Below, one piece after another: positions 9,934-19,725 of a DNA stretch of 64,000 nucleotides (its first letter is position 1; the number at the start of each line of letters is the position of its first letter). The notes below the pieces were generated by a model that was given only the letters and a program-made list of their open reading frames with translations, made no database searches and had not been told where the DNA came from. The position numbers were made by a program, and so were the translations under genes. The DNA is from an uncultured Acidobacteriaceae bacterium. GTDB taxonomy: Bacteria > Acidobacteriota > Terriglobia > Bryobacterales > Bryobacteraceae. The stretch spans positions 751,363 to 815,362 of the forward strand of contig CAVYTR010000002.1 in the NCBI GenBank assembly GCA_963771495.1. The letters run 5' to 3'.

Positions 9934-10198
9934 AACGCAGCGTTTAGCTTTAGCGGCGATTCCATCCTCATGCTGCTGAGCCCAGCCGTAAACGCATTCC
10001 CCCCGCTGAAGCACGTGTGTGATCGTGGTCAGTCACGCCCGGTTCTGATGCCCGGATTGCCCGGATTTGCCGCCCTTCGCCGAACTCGTCCTCTCGAATT
10101 CCGGTACGGGGAGTACTTTCCGCATATTCTTAAAAGCACACCGCCCGGAGTAACATGTACCCCAGTACTTAAACTTCTCGCATCCGCTCCGGAGGATT

Positions 10199-12043
10199 AT
10201 GCGCCGTTTGCATCTCACGTTTTTCTGTCTCGCAGCCTGGCCGCTCGCAGTCGCAAGTGCCCAGGCCGTCAACGAACAGTCTCTTACAGCCTTGGGGCCC
10301 GCTTCTTTTACCGCCGCCAGCCAGTTCAGCTTGGCCCAGCCAGGCGTCACTGATTCAAGTGCTGCCGGTGATCTCCCCGCGATCGTGATGCCCAAACCGG
10401 ATCTGGTTTCAGCCCGTAAGGCAAGCACCCAGGCATCAATGGGTCTCCAGCGCACTGCTGAGGATCTATCGTTGCCCGCGGCAGCGGCCGCCTTGATCAA
10501 CCCGAATCCCACGCCTAACAAAATCGTTGGCACTGGCCCGAAGTTCTACGGCTTTGCTGGCCTGACGGCACTAGACAATCAGAACGCCAATTCGTTCAAC
10601 CTGGAGCCGCCTGACCAGGGACTCGCAGTCGGCAGCGGCTTCGTCTTTGAAGCGATCAATCTTGTGTTTGCGATCTATGACACGTCCGGAAACCGGTTCG
10701 CAGGACCCGTATCGGCCAACGCTTTCTTCGGGCTCGCTCCCGCCATTGACCGCGTTACTGGGCTTTACGGTCCTTCCCTGAGCGATCCCAGAGCGTATTA
10801 CGATCAGGTTCTGCAACGCTGGTTCCTCACCATCCTTGAACTGGATGTAGATCCGATGTCGGGAGACTTGACCGGCCGCACCCACGTCTACATCGCCGTG
10901 AGTACAAGCAACTTGCCAATCAACTTCGCGGTGTTCTCGATCGACACGACGGACGATGGAACTTTGGGTACTCCCGCCCACCCGGGCTGTCCTTGCCTGC
11001 CTGACCAGCCTCTCATGGGAGCCGACAAGAACGGGTTTTATATCAGCACGAATGAGTTTTCGCTTTTCGGAAACGGCTTCAACGGAACCCAGATCTATGC
11101 CTTGTCGAAAAACTTCCTGGCAGAAGGCGGATTGCCCACCGTGGTGCATTTCAGTGCTCTGCCTTTGGCCGAGGGGGTAGCATACTCAGTTCAACCCGCC
11201 ATCTCACTCGGTTTCAACGGGGAGCCGGCGACCGGCCTCGAATACTTCCTGAGCTCGCTCGATTTTAACGGTACGCTCGATAACCGCGTCGCCGTCTGGG
11301 CGATGACCAATACTGCTTCGCTCGCCAATCTTCATCCGAATGTAAAACTTAAGAAGAAAGTAATCACGAGTGAAGTCTACGGCCAGCCTCCTCCCGCGGT
11401 GCAGAATCCGGGTCCGTACCCCTACGGAATGTCTCTCGGCAAGAAGCTGGAACTCATCGATTCGAATGACGACCGGATGAACCAGGTGGTCTTCGAAGAT
11501 GGCAAACTATGGTCGGGCGTTAACACCGTGGTCGGGGGAATTGGAACGAACCCGGACGGATCAAAGAATGTCGCCAGGGCCGGAATCGCGTATTTTGTGG
11601 TAACCCCCAGCGTCGACGCGACCGGCGCAGTAAGCGCGACAGTCGCGAGTCAGGGCTATGTTGCGGGCCCTGGTTCGGATAGCGTGATCTTCCCGTCCAT
11701 TGGCGTGACGCCCTCGGGGAACGCAGCCATGGCGTTCACTCTCGTGGGTCCTACGCCAAACACGCTTTTCAGCGGCGGTTTTTACCCGAGCATGGCCTTC
11801 ACAAAGGTGAATTTGAGCAATGGCGCCGGAAACATTCAGCTCGCGGCAGCAGGCCTTAACCCAGATGATGGATTTTCCGGATATCCATCCAAGGGAGCGG
11901 GACCGGGCGTGGGGCGCTGGGGCGATTATTCGGCGGCGGTGGCGGATACCGACGGCTCCATCTGGATGGCAGCCGAATGGATACCCGATACTCCGCGTCC
12001 GAAGGTAGTTAACTGGGGAACTTACATAGGCAAGATTCAGTAG
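10199..12043 (+). CDS. Secreted protein of unknown function (signal peptide; possible beta-propeller-like repeats)
   Basis: MRRLHLTFFCLAAWPLAVASAQA signal peptide. A long intact ORF with ...RWGDYSAAVADTDGSIWMAAEWI near the C-terminus. I recognise no domain with confidence. Confidence 0.6.
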   Translation: MRRLHLTFFCLAAWPLAVASAQAVNEQSLTALGPASFTAASQFSLAQPGVTDSSAAGDLPAIVMPKPDLVSARKASTQASMGLQRTAEDLSLPAAAAALINPNPTPNKIVGTGPKFYGFAGLTALDNQNANSFNLEPPDQGLAVGSGFVFEAINLVFAIYDTSGNRFAGPVSANAFFGLAPAIDRVTGLYGPSLSDPRAYYDQVLQRWFLTILELDVDPMSGDLTGRTHVYIAVSTSNLPINFAVFSIDTTDDGTLGTPAHPGCPCLPDQPLMGADKNGFYISTNEFSLFGNGFNGTQIYALSKNFLAEGGLPTVVHFSALPLAEGVAYSVQPAISLGFNGEPATGLEYFLSSLDFNGTLDNRVAVWAMTNTASLANLHPNVKLKKKVITSEVYGQPPPAVQNPGPYPYGMSLGKKLELIDSNDDRMNQVVFEDGKLWSGVNTVVGGIGTNPDGSKNVARAGIAYFVVTPSVDATGAVSATVASQGYVAGPGSDSVIFPSIGVTPSGNAAMAFTLVGPTPNTLFSGGFYPSMAFTKVNLSNGAGNIQLAAAGLNPDDGFSGYPSKGAGPGVGRWGDYSAAVADTDGSIWMAAEWIPDTPRPKVVNWGTYIGKIQ

Positions 12044-12073
12044 CTTCGCAGGCGTCTGGTTCGTTCCTGCAGT

Positions 12074-12104
12074 CCGCGGTTGCGGCCTCAAACCACAGCC
12101 GCGG
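12074..12104. terminator. Imperfect hairpin between convergent genes (possible bidirectional terminator)
   Basis: CCGCGGTTGCGG-cctcaaa-CCACAGCCGCGG forms a 12-bp stem with 2 mismatches. There is no clear U-tract. Confidence 0.3.
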
Positions 12105-12123
12105 GCCCACTTAGGTTACAAGA

Positions 12124-12510
12124 TCATCGCTCGTTATTGTTGATGTTGCGTCTTCCTTGTTTCCCAGTTCCACGCTTCTTATTAGCAGCCTTGGCATTCT
12201 TCTCTACACGCAGCTTCCATGCTGAATGAAGAGCGCCGGTCAGGACATCCTCATTCGCGTTAGCCAGCCGGATATGCGTCATTCCCATCCGGCCCCATCC
12301 ACCCGGAATAGGCAAAAACACGTCGGGCAGTTCCTCTACAAATGCCGCTTGTTGTTCTAACGTCAGCATCAGATTGCCGTAACCTTGGCTTTGCGATGCA
12401 AGAGTGGCGAAGATTCTGCCGCCCACACGGAAATCGGGTGCTCCCATGTGCGAACCTTCTTCGGCACCTTCGAAACTCAGCGCGATGCGTCGAAAATCTG
12501 CCGTGTCCAC
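12124..12510 (-). CDS. MmcQ/YjbR family DNA-binding protein
   Basis: FRRIALSFEGAEEGSHMGAPDFRVGGRIFATL... is a typical YjbR-like N-terminus. Size 128 aa. Confidence 0.7.
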   Translation of the reverse strand: MDTADFRRIALSFEGAEEGSHMGAPDFRVGGRIFATLASQSQGYGNLMLTLEQQAAFVEELPDVFLPIPGGWGRMGMTHIRLANANEDVLTGALHSAWKLRVEKNAKAANKKRGTGKQGRRNINNNER

Positions 12511-12518
12511 GAATCGGT

Positions 12519-13091
12519 CTACCAGACAAACGGGATCAGCGCTTTCACATCCCTTTTGTACACCGTGTATTGCGTGCCAAAGCGATCTTCCATAAAACTC
12601 TCCTCGGTGAAACTTTTCAACCGGAGAGCAAACGCCGCCAGCGCGAGACCGAGAAATCCACCAACGTTGCCATGTCCGGCGATGATAGTGCCCAGCAGAG
12701 CTAACAGGAATCCGGAATAGATTGGATGACGAACAACGCCGTAAGGGCCGGATCGAACCAGTTCATGATCCTGCTTGAGCGTCACCGTTCCACTCCAATT
12801 CCTGCCAAGTATAAACCTCGCCCAGCAGGCGAGCGCGAGCCCAGCGAGTGTCAGGAGAAGACCCGCGTTTGCGCTTAGCGGAGTTCGCGGGATCAGTCGC
12901 AAGGAAAGAAAGCTTCTCCCGGGTCCCTTGCCCCAGATCAACAGGCCTGCGGCTAAACCTAAAACAAGTTGCACCACCCGGGAGCCAATGGACTGCTTCC
13001 GGATTGTTCGTTTCGACGTGAGGCTGCCTGCGATCCAAATTACAAGGACCACTCCCCATGCCCAACCGATCAACGTGTAAGCATCTGGCAT
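12519..13091 (-). CDS. Isoprenylcysteine carboxyl methyltransferase (ICMT)/phospholipid methyltransferase family membrane protein
   Basis: Multi-TM protein with LVRSGPYGVVRHPIYSGFLLALLG (ICMT family signature). Confidence 0.75.
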   Translation of the reverse strand: MPDAYTLIGWAWGVVLVIWIAGSLTSKRTIRKQSIGSRVVQLVLGLAAGLLIWGKGPGRSFLSLRLIPRTPLSANAGLLLTLAGLALACWARFILGRNWSGTVTLKQDHELVRSGPYGVVRHPIYSGFLLALLGTIIAGHGNVGGFLGLALAAFALRLKSFTEESFMEDRFGTQYTVYKRDVKALIPFVW

Positions 13092-13114
13092 ACGGGATCG
13101 AAATGCGTTGGCGG

Positions 13115-14767
13115 CTATTCGGCCGGCGTGAATGCGTACAGCGACTCTCCCGCCGCGACGACCAAGTACTGCTTGCCTTCGATCATGTAGGTTTCAGGCC
13201 CGTTGCTGATATTCGTCTCGAGCCCTGCATGCCACAGAATTTTACCGTTCGCCGGATCGAAGGCCACCAGATGCTGGGACCCGTCACCCGTAAACAGCAG
13301 CTTGCCTGCCGTGGTCAGCATTCCCGAAATGCCGCCGCCGCCCGGATAGTGGTGCTTCCAAACTGTCTTGCCGGTCTGGTAATCGAGAGCGCGTAGTGTG
13401 TGGCCTAAGCCGCCTGAATTCTTCTCAGCCGCCCCGTAGCCTTCCGGATGCGGATCCGTATCCGTCAGATAGAACATGCTGTACGATTCAGACGATCCGA
13501 AATAGAAGAGCTTCGTCTCGGGATCAAAACTCGGCGCGGGCCAGTTGGTGGCTCCGCCCGAAGGCGGCGAGACCAAAACTCCGTCGATGGTGGCGTCTTT
13601 CGCCGGATTGCGGCGCGGCTCTCCTCGCTCGTCAATATGGTCCACCCAGTTTAGCGTCTCCAGGTACGGCTCGGTTACCAGGTGCTCGCCGGTAACTCGA
13701 TCCAGTAAAAAGTAGAATCCGTTCCGGCTTGCCTGGGCGACCATTTTCCGCGGCTTTCCCTTGAATTCGCCATCGATCAGGACAGGTGTCTGCACGGCAT
13801 CCCAGTCGTGAGTGTCATGCGGAGAGGCCTGGAAATACCAGGCCATTTTGCCTGTATCCACGTTGAGAGCAACAATGGAGCACGTCCAAAGATCGTCACC
13901 CTTGCGGCTCTGTCCGGCCATGACAGGATTCGGATTTCCCGTGCCGAGATAGTAAAGGTGCAGATCGGGATCGTAGGTGCCGGGCATCCAGGTCATGCCG
14001 CCGCCATGACGCATGGCGCCTTCGTCCGGCCAGGTTTCCGACCCGGGATCACCCTTCTTCTGCGGCTCCGTCCACCAGCGCCATTGCAATGCTCCCGTTT
14101 CCGGATCGCGCGCCTCCAGGAATCCGGGGTTATCGAGAGAGTCGCCGCCGGTGCCAACAATGATGTGATTGCCAATGACGACGGGCGCAGGCGACGAGAA
14201 ATATTCCCGCTTCACATCCGCAATTTGTACGTGCCAGCGCTCCTTGCCTGTTTTGGCTTCGAGAGAAACGAGATAGTTGTCCGGAGTTTCGAAAAACAGC
14301 CAGTTGCCGTACATGCCGGCGCCTCGATTTCCAATGTGAATCCCGCCCTTGGTTCGCCAAAAATAATGCCAAAGCTGGCGCCCGGAGAGCGCGTCGACCG
14401 CCCAGGCGTTGTCCGGAGTCGTGAAATACAGAACGCCGTTCACCAGCAGCGGCTGCGACTTGATTGAGGTGGCCCAACCGCCAGAGCCGAACTGCGCCGC
14501 TTCCTGTGCAGTTGCCTCTCCGCCGACAATCGAGCCCGGCGTGTCGCCGGTTGCAATGTGGTGAACCCAGGCGAGGTTCAACGTTTTTATATTTCCCTGA
14601 TTGATCTCCTTCAGATCGCTGAACCGCCTCCCGGAGTAATCGCCGTTAAAGGTGGGCCAACAATCAGTGGGAGGCTTCAGCAGCGCCGTCGGATTCAGCA
14701 TTTGTGCAGCGGCCGCGAGTGCTGACACGAGAGTTGCCAGAGCAAGAACAAGAGATCGGATCTTCAT
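13115..14767 (-). CDS. PQQ-type (quinoprotein) dehydrogenase, methanol/ethanol-family beta-propeller
   Basis: Signal peptide. W-motif propeller repeats (AVDALSGRQLW, SLEAKTGKERW, ARDPETGALQW, ALNVDTGKMAWYFQ, ALDYQTGKTVW, AFDPANGKILW). Its start overlaps the stop of the upstream cytochrome c gene by 4 nt. Confidence 0.8.
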   Translation of the reverse strand: MKIRSLVLALATLVSALAAAAQMLNPTALLKPPTDCWPTFNGDYSGRRFSDLKEINQGNIKTLNLAWVHHIATGDTPGSIVGGEATAQEAAQFGSGGWATSIKSQPLLVNGVLYFTTPDNAWAVDALSGRQLWHYFWRTKGGIHIGNRGAGMYGNWLFFETPDNYLVSLEAKTGKERWHVQIADVKREYFSSPAPVVIGNHIIVGTGGDSLDNPGFLEARDPETGALQWRWWTEPQKKGDPGSETWPDEGAMRHGGGMTWMPGTYDPDLHLYYLGTGNPNPVMAGQSRKGDDLWTCSIVALNVDTGKMAWYFQASPHDTHDWDAVQTPVLIDGEFKGKPRKMVAQASRNGFYFLLDRVTGEHLVTEPYLETLNWVDHIDERGEPRRNPAKDATIDGVLVSPPSGGATNWPAPSFDPETKLFYFGSSESYSMFYLTDTDPHPEGYGAAEKNSGGLGHTLRALDYQTGKTVWKHHYPGGGGISGMLTTAGKLLFTGDGSQHLVAFDPANGKILWHAGLETNISNGPETYMIEGKQYLVVAAGESLYAFTPAE

Positions 14768-15699
14768 TTCAGGGTCACCAGGTAGGCGGTCAGGTTATGG
14801 ATATCAGCGTCCGTATACTTCCTCAGTAAATCGGTGTGCGCCTGCAGAGGGTCATGCACTTCGATCTTCGGCAGGTCGCCTTGTCGCGGGAAAGAACGGT
14901 AATCGCCGCCATCGTCGATCAGCGAGACCGTGAAATCGTCGATGCTGACTAACCGACCCTTGATGGATTGACCGGACGGCAATGTGACGGAAACTGTGCG
15001 CTGCTGACTCTTCGCGGATGGCCCGCTTCCTGCTTCACCTTTTCCTTCGCGAGGCATCACAATGTGCTGCTGAAGATCGAGGGGCTGAAAACGAGATGCG
15101 ATGTGCGCCAGATCTCCAGTAACGGAATGACAGGTGGCGCAACGGCCTGCTCCGTTGAAATAGGCCTCTCCCTTTTTGGGATCGCCGGTGACGATATTCA
15201 GTACCTGATAGTTTCCGCGCTCAGCCGCGGCGCGCACGCGTTCATGAAGAAAAGCGGAGATCTGATAGATCTGGTCATTCGTGAACGGAAATTTCGGCAT
15301 TCCTTTGTCGGGACGTCCGTTGTGGACTACCTGGCCGATCAGATTCCCGTCTTCATCGTGGAGAACAACATCGGAGCGCACCAGATTGGGACCCGTTTCG
15401 CCGCCCTTCGCATTGGCGCCATGGCAAAACGAGCAGCTTGATTGGTACAGCTTCTGTCCGTGCTCAACCGTAGCAGCATCATAGACCTTTGTACTTCCAC
15501 CCAGCAACTCAGGGCCACGTCTGCCAGGTGCGCGGGTATCCTGCGCTCCGCCGGCCGGCGGCGGAGTGTTCTGATCGGCGGGTGTTGCCGGCTTGTTTTG
15601 CTGGGCCGGAGTGGGCGTGTTACTTTGACCCTGCACATTGATGATTACTGCCGCACAGATAGCGAGAGCGGCAGCAAACGAGGTGACGCGATAACGCAA
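14764..15699 (-). CDS. Diheme c-type cytochrome (membrane-anchored/secreted)
   Basis: Two CXXCH motifs (CSFCHG, CATCHS), an N-terminal hydrophobic segment and a Pro/Thr/Gln-rich linker. TTG start. Forms an operon with the PQQ dehydrogenase. Confidence 0.8.
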   Translation of the reverse strand: MRYRVTSFAAALAICAAVIINVQGQSNTPTPAQQNKPATPADQNTPPPAGGAQDTRAPGRRGPELLGGSTKVYDAATVEHGQKLYQSSCSFCHGANAKGGETGPNLVRSDVVLHDEDGNLIGQVVHNGRPDKGMPKFPFTNDQIYQISAFLHERVRAAAERGNYQVLNIVTGDPKKGEAYFNGAGRCATCHSVTGDLAHIASRFQPLDLQQHIVMPREGKGEAGSGPSAKSQQRTVSVTLPSGQSIKGRLVSIDDFTVSLIDDGGDYRSFPRQGDLPKIEVHDPLQAHTDLLRKYTDADIHNLTAYLVTLK

Positions 15700-15711
15700 A
15701 TTGTTTGATTC

Positions 15712-15727
15712 CTGCCTTTAAAGGCAG
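15712..15727. promoter_or_regulatory. Perfect 16-bp palindrome upstream of the cytochrome c/PQQ-dehydrogenase operon
   Basis: CTGCCTTTAAAGGCAG, 13 nt upstream of the TTG start at 15699, overlapping the likely RBS. Confidence 0.35.
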
Positions 15728-15867
15728 TGTATCTCGGGCGCTCTTGGAGGTTGGATACTGCTGCAACCCGATCTCGGATCGAGTGATACGGCATGTTGTT
15801 TCAGCGGGTCATTTGTCACGTTGCAAATCATCTGGCGTAAACTTTGCAGAATCCTAAACTCGCCGTT

Positions 15868-16821
15868 CTATCTTCGCCGGTCGTCTCGGAAAGACGTGCA
15901 GAAGTCAACTATAGCCGGCAATTCAAGATACTGCGCAACAGGCATAAGGTGTAACTCCGCCCTGCGCTTGTCCAACGTAGATGGGTCATCCACCGGATCC
16001 AGAACAGGAAGGTGATCCTGACATCTCGTCTGAGTACCCCAGTGCTGTGCGCGTCCCTCACCTACCATCACCCGATCGTAAAGATAAGCGAAATTCGCCT
16101 TTGAAGCCTCTCCTTGATCGACGGCACGTTTCATGGCAGGCAGGACCATCTTTTGAACGCTAAGATCCTGATGTTGAACAAGGAGCCAGTAATCGTTCGC
16201 CGTACGCCTGCCGGCAAGACTTATACGTGGCCAACCATATTGTCTGAAAATCCGCAATAGAATCGGGCGGTGTTTGTCATCTACTTCCTGCATGCGAGAT
16301 GCAAGGATCGGCCGTGTCATTCGGACAGACTGGTCCTCGGTAACCATCTCCTTCAGCTTTCTTTGCAGCTCACGGAGTTCTGGTGTTTTCGGTTCGGGCA
16401 GGCTGGACGCAACTTCAACTTTTTCTGATGTGTCCACACGATGAAACAGGAGAGACGGCATTTGGGAGCCTTCAATGCTCAGTTCAATCCTGTTGCGATC
16501 GAGCTGACGGATTACAACAATATGCTCACCACTCTTGTCTGTGAGGCGAAGGTCCGCGCCCTTGACGCTCTTTAGAGAGAGCGATACCTTGCGGTGCTCC
16601 GAGCTGATTTCAGTCAGCTCCTGATCTTGATCGAAAACGAAGCGCTCCGGTGCGACCATCACGCCGATGAGTCCGTTATTCCGCCAATCAAGCTCAAGCA
16701 CCGAGAACACGACTCCGGAGAGGGTCGATACCCACTTTCCCGAGATAGCGGGACCAAGGGCCACGCCTGAAGGAGCCGCCTGGCTTGTGAGAAGAGTGCA
16801 ATACAATACGGCGTGAAGCAC
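15868..16821 (-). CDS. Hypothetical protein (C-terminal half resembles the DUF6624-type domain)
   Basis: Intact 317-aa ORF. C-terminal ...LLRIFRQYGWPRISLAGRRTANDYWLLVQHQD...AYLYDRVMVGEGRAQHWGTQ. The family assignment is from memory only. Confidence 0.5.
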   Translation of the reverse strand: MLHAVLYCTLLTSQAAPSGVALGPAISGKWVSTLSGVVFSVLELDWRNNGLIGVMVAPERFVFDQDQELTEISSEHRKVSLSLKSVKGADLRLTDKSGEHIVVIRQLDRNRIELSIEGSQMPSLLFHRVDTSEKVEVASSLPEPKTPELRELQRKLKEMVTEDQSVRMTRPILASRMQEVDDKHRPILLRIFRQYGWPRISLAGRRTANDYWLLVQHQDLSVQKMVLPAMKRAVDQGEASKANFAYLYDRVMVGEGRAQHWGTQTRCQDHLPVLDPVDDPSTLDKRRAELHLMPVAQYLELPAIVDFCTSFRDDRRR

Positions 16822-16891
16822 GGCAACAGTCTCGCAGAGATCAGTGTTTGCTTTTGAAATGCATCGTCTATCGGCACTCAGTTGCGCGGAC

Positions 16892-17839
16892 CTATTTTTC
16901 TTCCGGAATGGAGCGCAATAAACTTCGGTTCCCGTCCGCCCTCAGCGCCTCGAGCAGAGCTCCTGCAGCGGGACCGAACCGGGGCGGCACTGCCGGACAG
17001 CCGAGCTTGTCCAGCACCCCTCGGATGAAGTTCTCCCGCAGGATGTCGCCGCGGAACACGCCGCCGATGTACGCGACAGCTACTTCCTCTTCAGGCGAGA
17101 ACAGAAGCTTGAACAGTCCGGCCACCAGCGTGACAAGTTCCGTTGCCCCTTCGATCAAAATGCCGCGCGCGATCGGATCGCCCTCCTCAGCTGCTTGGGT
17201 AACCAACTTTGAAAGCGCCGCAATCTCGGCTCTGGGCACACCCGCATAGAACTGATGCAGCAGCTTGTTCGCGCTCGTCGAACCTGTTGCCTCCAGCAGC
17301 ATTCCCAGCAAACTCGTCGGCGGACCCCATCCCTCCTCATTTCGTAGAGCTGCCCGTAGCGCACGGCGCGTCAGATCGAAAGCTCCGCCTTCATCACCGA
17401 AGATGTAGCCCCAGCCTCCGGCTCTGGCGGTCTTCCCTGCGGAATTCCGTCCGTAAGCGACGGAACCCGTTCCGGCGATCACGACGATGCCCGGCTCATC
17501 GCCTGTTGCTCCCGAGAGCGCGATCTCCGCATCATGCGTGATCTTGTAGCGGGCGCTCCGGACCAGCTCGCGCGAGTAAGCCTCTTTGTCCTCCGCTCCG
17601 CCACTGAAGCCCAGACAAGCGGACGCAAACACAACGGATCCGCTATCGAGACCACCTTGACGGCACGCTTCTGCTACGCATCCACTGATTGCAGCCCCAA
17701 ATCTGGCCTTCGCATCCGGGCCACTCACGTGATTGCAGGGTCCGGCTCGTCCCCGTCCGACAACCTGGCCCGTTTCATTCGCAATCAGAGCCGTCGTGCT
17801 CGATTGCCCACCATCTACGCCCAGGTAGAAACGTGCCAT
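16892..17839 (-). CDS. BadF/BadG/BcrA/BcrD-type ATPase (N-acetylglucosamine kinase-like)
   Basis: FYLGVDGGQSSTTALI (phosphate-1 motif) and IVVIAGTGSVAYG (ASKHA-fold motifs). Confidence 0.75.
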   Translation of the reverse strand: MARFYLGVDGGQSSTTALIANETGQVVGRGRAGPCNHVSGPDAKARFGAAISGCVAEACRQGGLDSGSVVFASACLGFSGGAEDKEAYSRELVRSARYKITHDAEIALSGATGDEPGIVVIAGTGSVAYGRNSAGKTARAGGWGYIFGDEGGAFDLTRRALRAALRNEEGWGPPTSLLGMLLEATGSTSANKLLHQFYAGVPRAEIAALSKLVTQAAEEGDPIARGILIEGATELVTLVAGLFKLLFSPEEEVAVAYIGGVFRGDILRENFIRGVLDKLGCPAVPPRFGPAAGALLEALRADGNRSLLRSIPEEK

Positions 17840-17848
17840 CGCGGCTCT

Positions 17849-18616
17849 TTACGCGAGCGTTTTGTCTTTCGCATAGCACACAGCATCGAGCGGACACGAT
17901 GCGCACCGCGGCTTCCGCGCGACGCAAATCTGCCTGCCGAAATGGATTACCTGGTGCGCAAACAGAATCCACTTATCCTGTGGAATCACCTTCATCAGGT
18001 CGGCTTCGATCTTCACCGGATCCGCATTCTTGGTCAGGTCTAGCCGCTGCGAAATCCGGGAAACGTGCGTATCGACTACCACGCCAACCGGAATGCCGTA
18101 TGCAGTGCCGAGCACCACGTTAGCTGTCTTCCTCGCCGCGCCCGGTACTAAAAGCAGCTGTTCCATCGTTTGCGGAACTTCGCCACCATAGTCGGCCAGA
18201 ACTTTCTTCGCAGCCCCAATCACCGATCTCGCCTTGTTGTTAAAAAAACCGGTTGAGCGAATGTCATCCGCCAGCTCGTCCTGTGACGCGTTCGCGAAAT
18301 CCTCTACCGTCGGATACTTCCGAAACAGCCCGGGTGTCACTTTGTTTACCCGTTCGTCCGTACACTGGGCCGATAGAATCGTCGCAACCAGTAGCTGCCA
18401 AGGATTCTCGTGCTGAAGAGCGCACGTCGCCGATGGAAAGATCTTGTCCAACTCCGAGAGAATTCGTGCCGCCCGCGCCTTTCGCTCGGCTGCGTTCTTA
18501 GGCTTCGCCACCTTCTTCGGAGGCGTAACCGCATGCACAGGCGTGGGTTCAGCTATAGGAGTCTGGTCCATCGGAAATCCCAACATATCGCACGGCTGCG
18601 CAGTTATCCTGAACAA
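17849..18616 (-). CDS. nth: Endonuclease III
   Basis: HhH-GPD core (LLLVPGAARKTANVVL) and the C-terminal 4Fe-4S cluster loop CVARKPRCASCPLDAVC. The N-terminal extension makes the exact start uncertain. Confidence 0.85.
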   Translation of the reverse strand: MFRITAQPCDMLGFPMDQTPIAEPTPVHAVTPPKKVAKPKNAAERKARAARILSELDKIFPSATCALQHENPWQLLVATILSAQCTDERVNKVTPGLFRKYPTVEDFANASQDELADDIRSTGFFNNKARSVIGAAKKVLADYGGEVPQTMEQLLLVPGAARKTANVVLGTAYGIPVGVVVDTHVSRISQRLDLTKNADPVKIEADLMKVIPQDKWILFAHQVIHFGRQICVARKPRCASCPLDAVCYAKDKTLA

Positions 18617-18618
18617 TC

Positions 18619-19185
18619 ATGGCCGTACTGATCTCACTGCTCCGGGGTATCAACGTCGGCGGTCACAAAATGCTGAAGATGGACGCAGTGCGGGACTTGT
18701 ATCGAACCCTGCATCTCGGAGAGCCGCGGACCTACTTACAAAGCGGCAACGTTCTATTTAGTACCGAAAATCTTGATTTGGCAGAGCTGGCCACTCGCAT
18801 TGAGGCCGCTATCGAAGCGCGCTTCGGCTTCCGCCCAGCCGTTATCTTGCGAACGACGGCCGAGATGCGCAAAGTTATCGAACACAATCCTTTCTCAGGT
18901 CGTACCGGCCTGAGCCCCAACAAACTTCTGGTTGACTTTCTCGCCCGCGATCCCGGAGCTCAGGCTCGCAAGGCCGTTCGGCAGATGCAAACCGATCCCG
19001 AGGAAATTCAGGTTAGTGCCCGCGAACTGTACATTCATTTCCCGAACGGCATGGGGAAATCAAAGCTCTCAATACCCCGCGTCGATAAGCTTATCGGTGT
19101 ACCGGGTACCTTGAGGAACTGGAACACTGTTCTCAAGCTGTTAGAGATGGCCGAAAGTCTCGAAGCTGATTGCTCCCCGCAGTAA
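18619..19185 (+). CDS. DUF1697 domain-containing protein
   Basis: MAVLISLLRGINVGGHKMLKM... is the characteristic DUF1697 N-terminus. Size 188 aa. Confidence 0.7.
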   Translation: MAVLISLLRGINVGGHKMLKMDAVRDLYRTLHLGEPRTYLQSGNVLFSTENLDLAELATRIEAAIEARFGFRPAVILRTTAEMRKVIEHNPFSGRTGLSPNKLLVDFLARDPGAQARKAVRQMQTDPEEIQVSARELYIHFPNGMGKSKLSIPRVDKLIGVPGTLRNWNTVLKLLEMAESLEADCSPQ

Positions 19186-19224
19186 GTCGATCTCCATTCG
19201 CCCATCATCCTATAAGTAGCTGCC

Positions 19225-19716
19225 ATGCATGTCTACTCGCTACATTGTGAAATGCTCGTTCAGAAACCGATCACGGACGTCTTTGCCTTTTTTGAAGATC
19301 CATACAATCTGGCCCGCATCACGCCGCCTTGGCTGAGCTTCCAGGTGACTTCGAGCGAGCATGTCTCGATGCGCAAAGGCGCGGAGATTCACTACACCAT
19401 ACGGTGGCTTGGATTTCCGGTGCGCTGGAAGACGCTGATCACCGAATATCACCCGCCCCGGCTATTCATAGACGAGCAGGAGAAAGGCCCGTACCGCCTC
19501 TGGCGTCATCGGCACACATTCGAAGAGACCGGGGAAGGGGTGAAAGTGAATGATTACGTGGAGTACGCTCTCCCGTTCGGCCTGCTCGGCCGGTTGGCGC
19601 ACTCAGTTATGGTCCGCAGGCAGTTGGAAGAAATCTTCCGCTACCGCCAGCAGGAACTCAGCAAGGCCTTCAACGGCAAAACCAGGGAAACGATTCCGCC
19701 TGCAGTCGCGAGCTAA
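19225..19716 (+). CDS. SRPBCC family protein
   Basis: 163 aa. FAFFEDPYNLARITPPWL...GPYRLWRHRHTFEE pattern, typical of SRPBCC/cyclase-dehydrase-like proteins. Confidence 0.6.
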   Translation: MHVYSLHCEMLVQKPITDVFAFFEDPYNLARITPPWLSFQVTSSEHVSMRKGAEIHYTIRWLGFPVRWKTLITEYHPPRLFIDEQEKGPYRLWRHRHTFEETGEGVKVNDYVEYALPFGLLGRLAHSVMVRRQLEEIFRYRQQELSKAFNGKTRETIPPAVAS

Positions 19717-19725
19717 GGAAGTACG

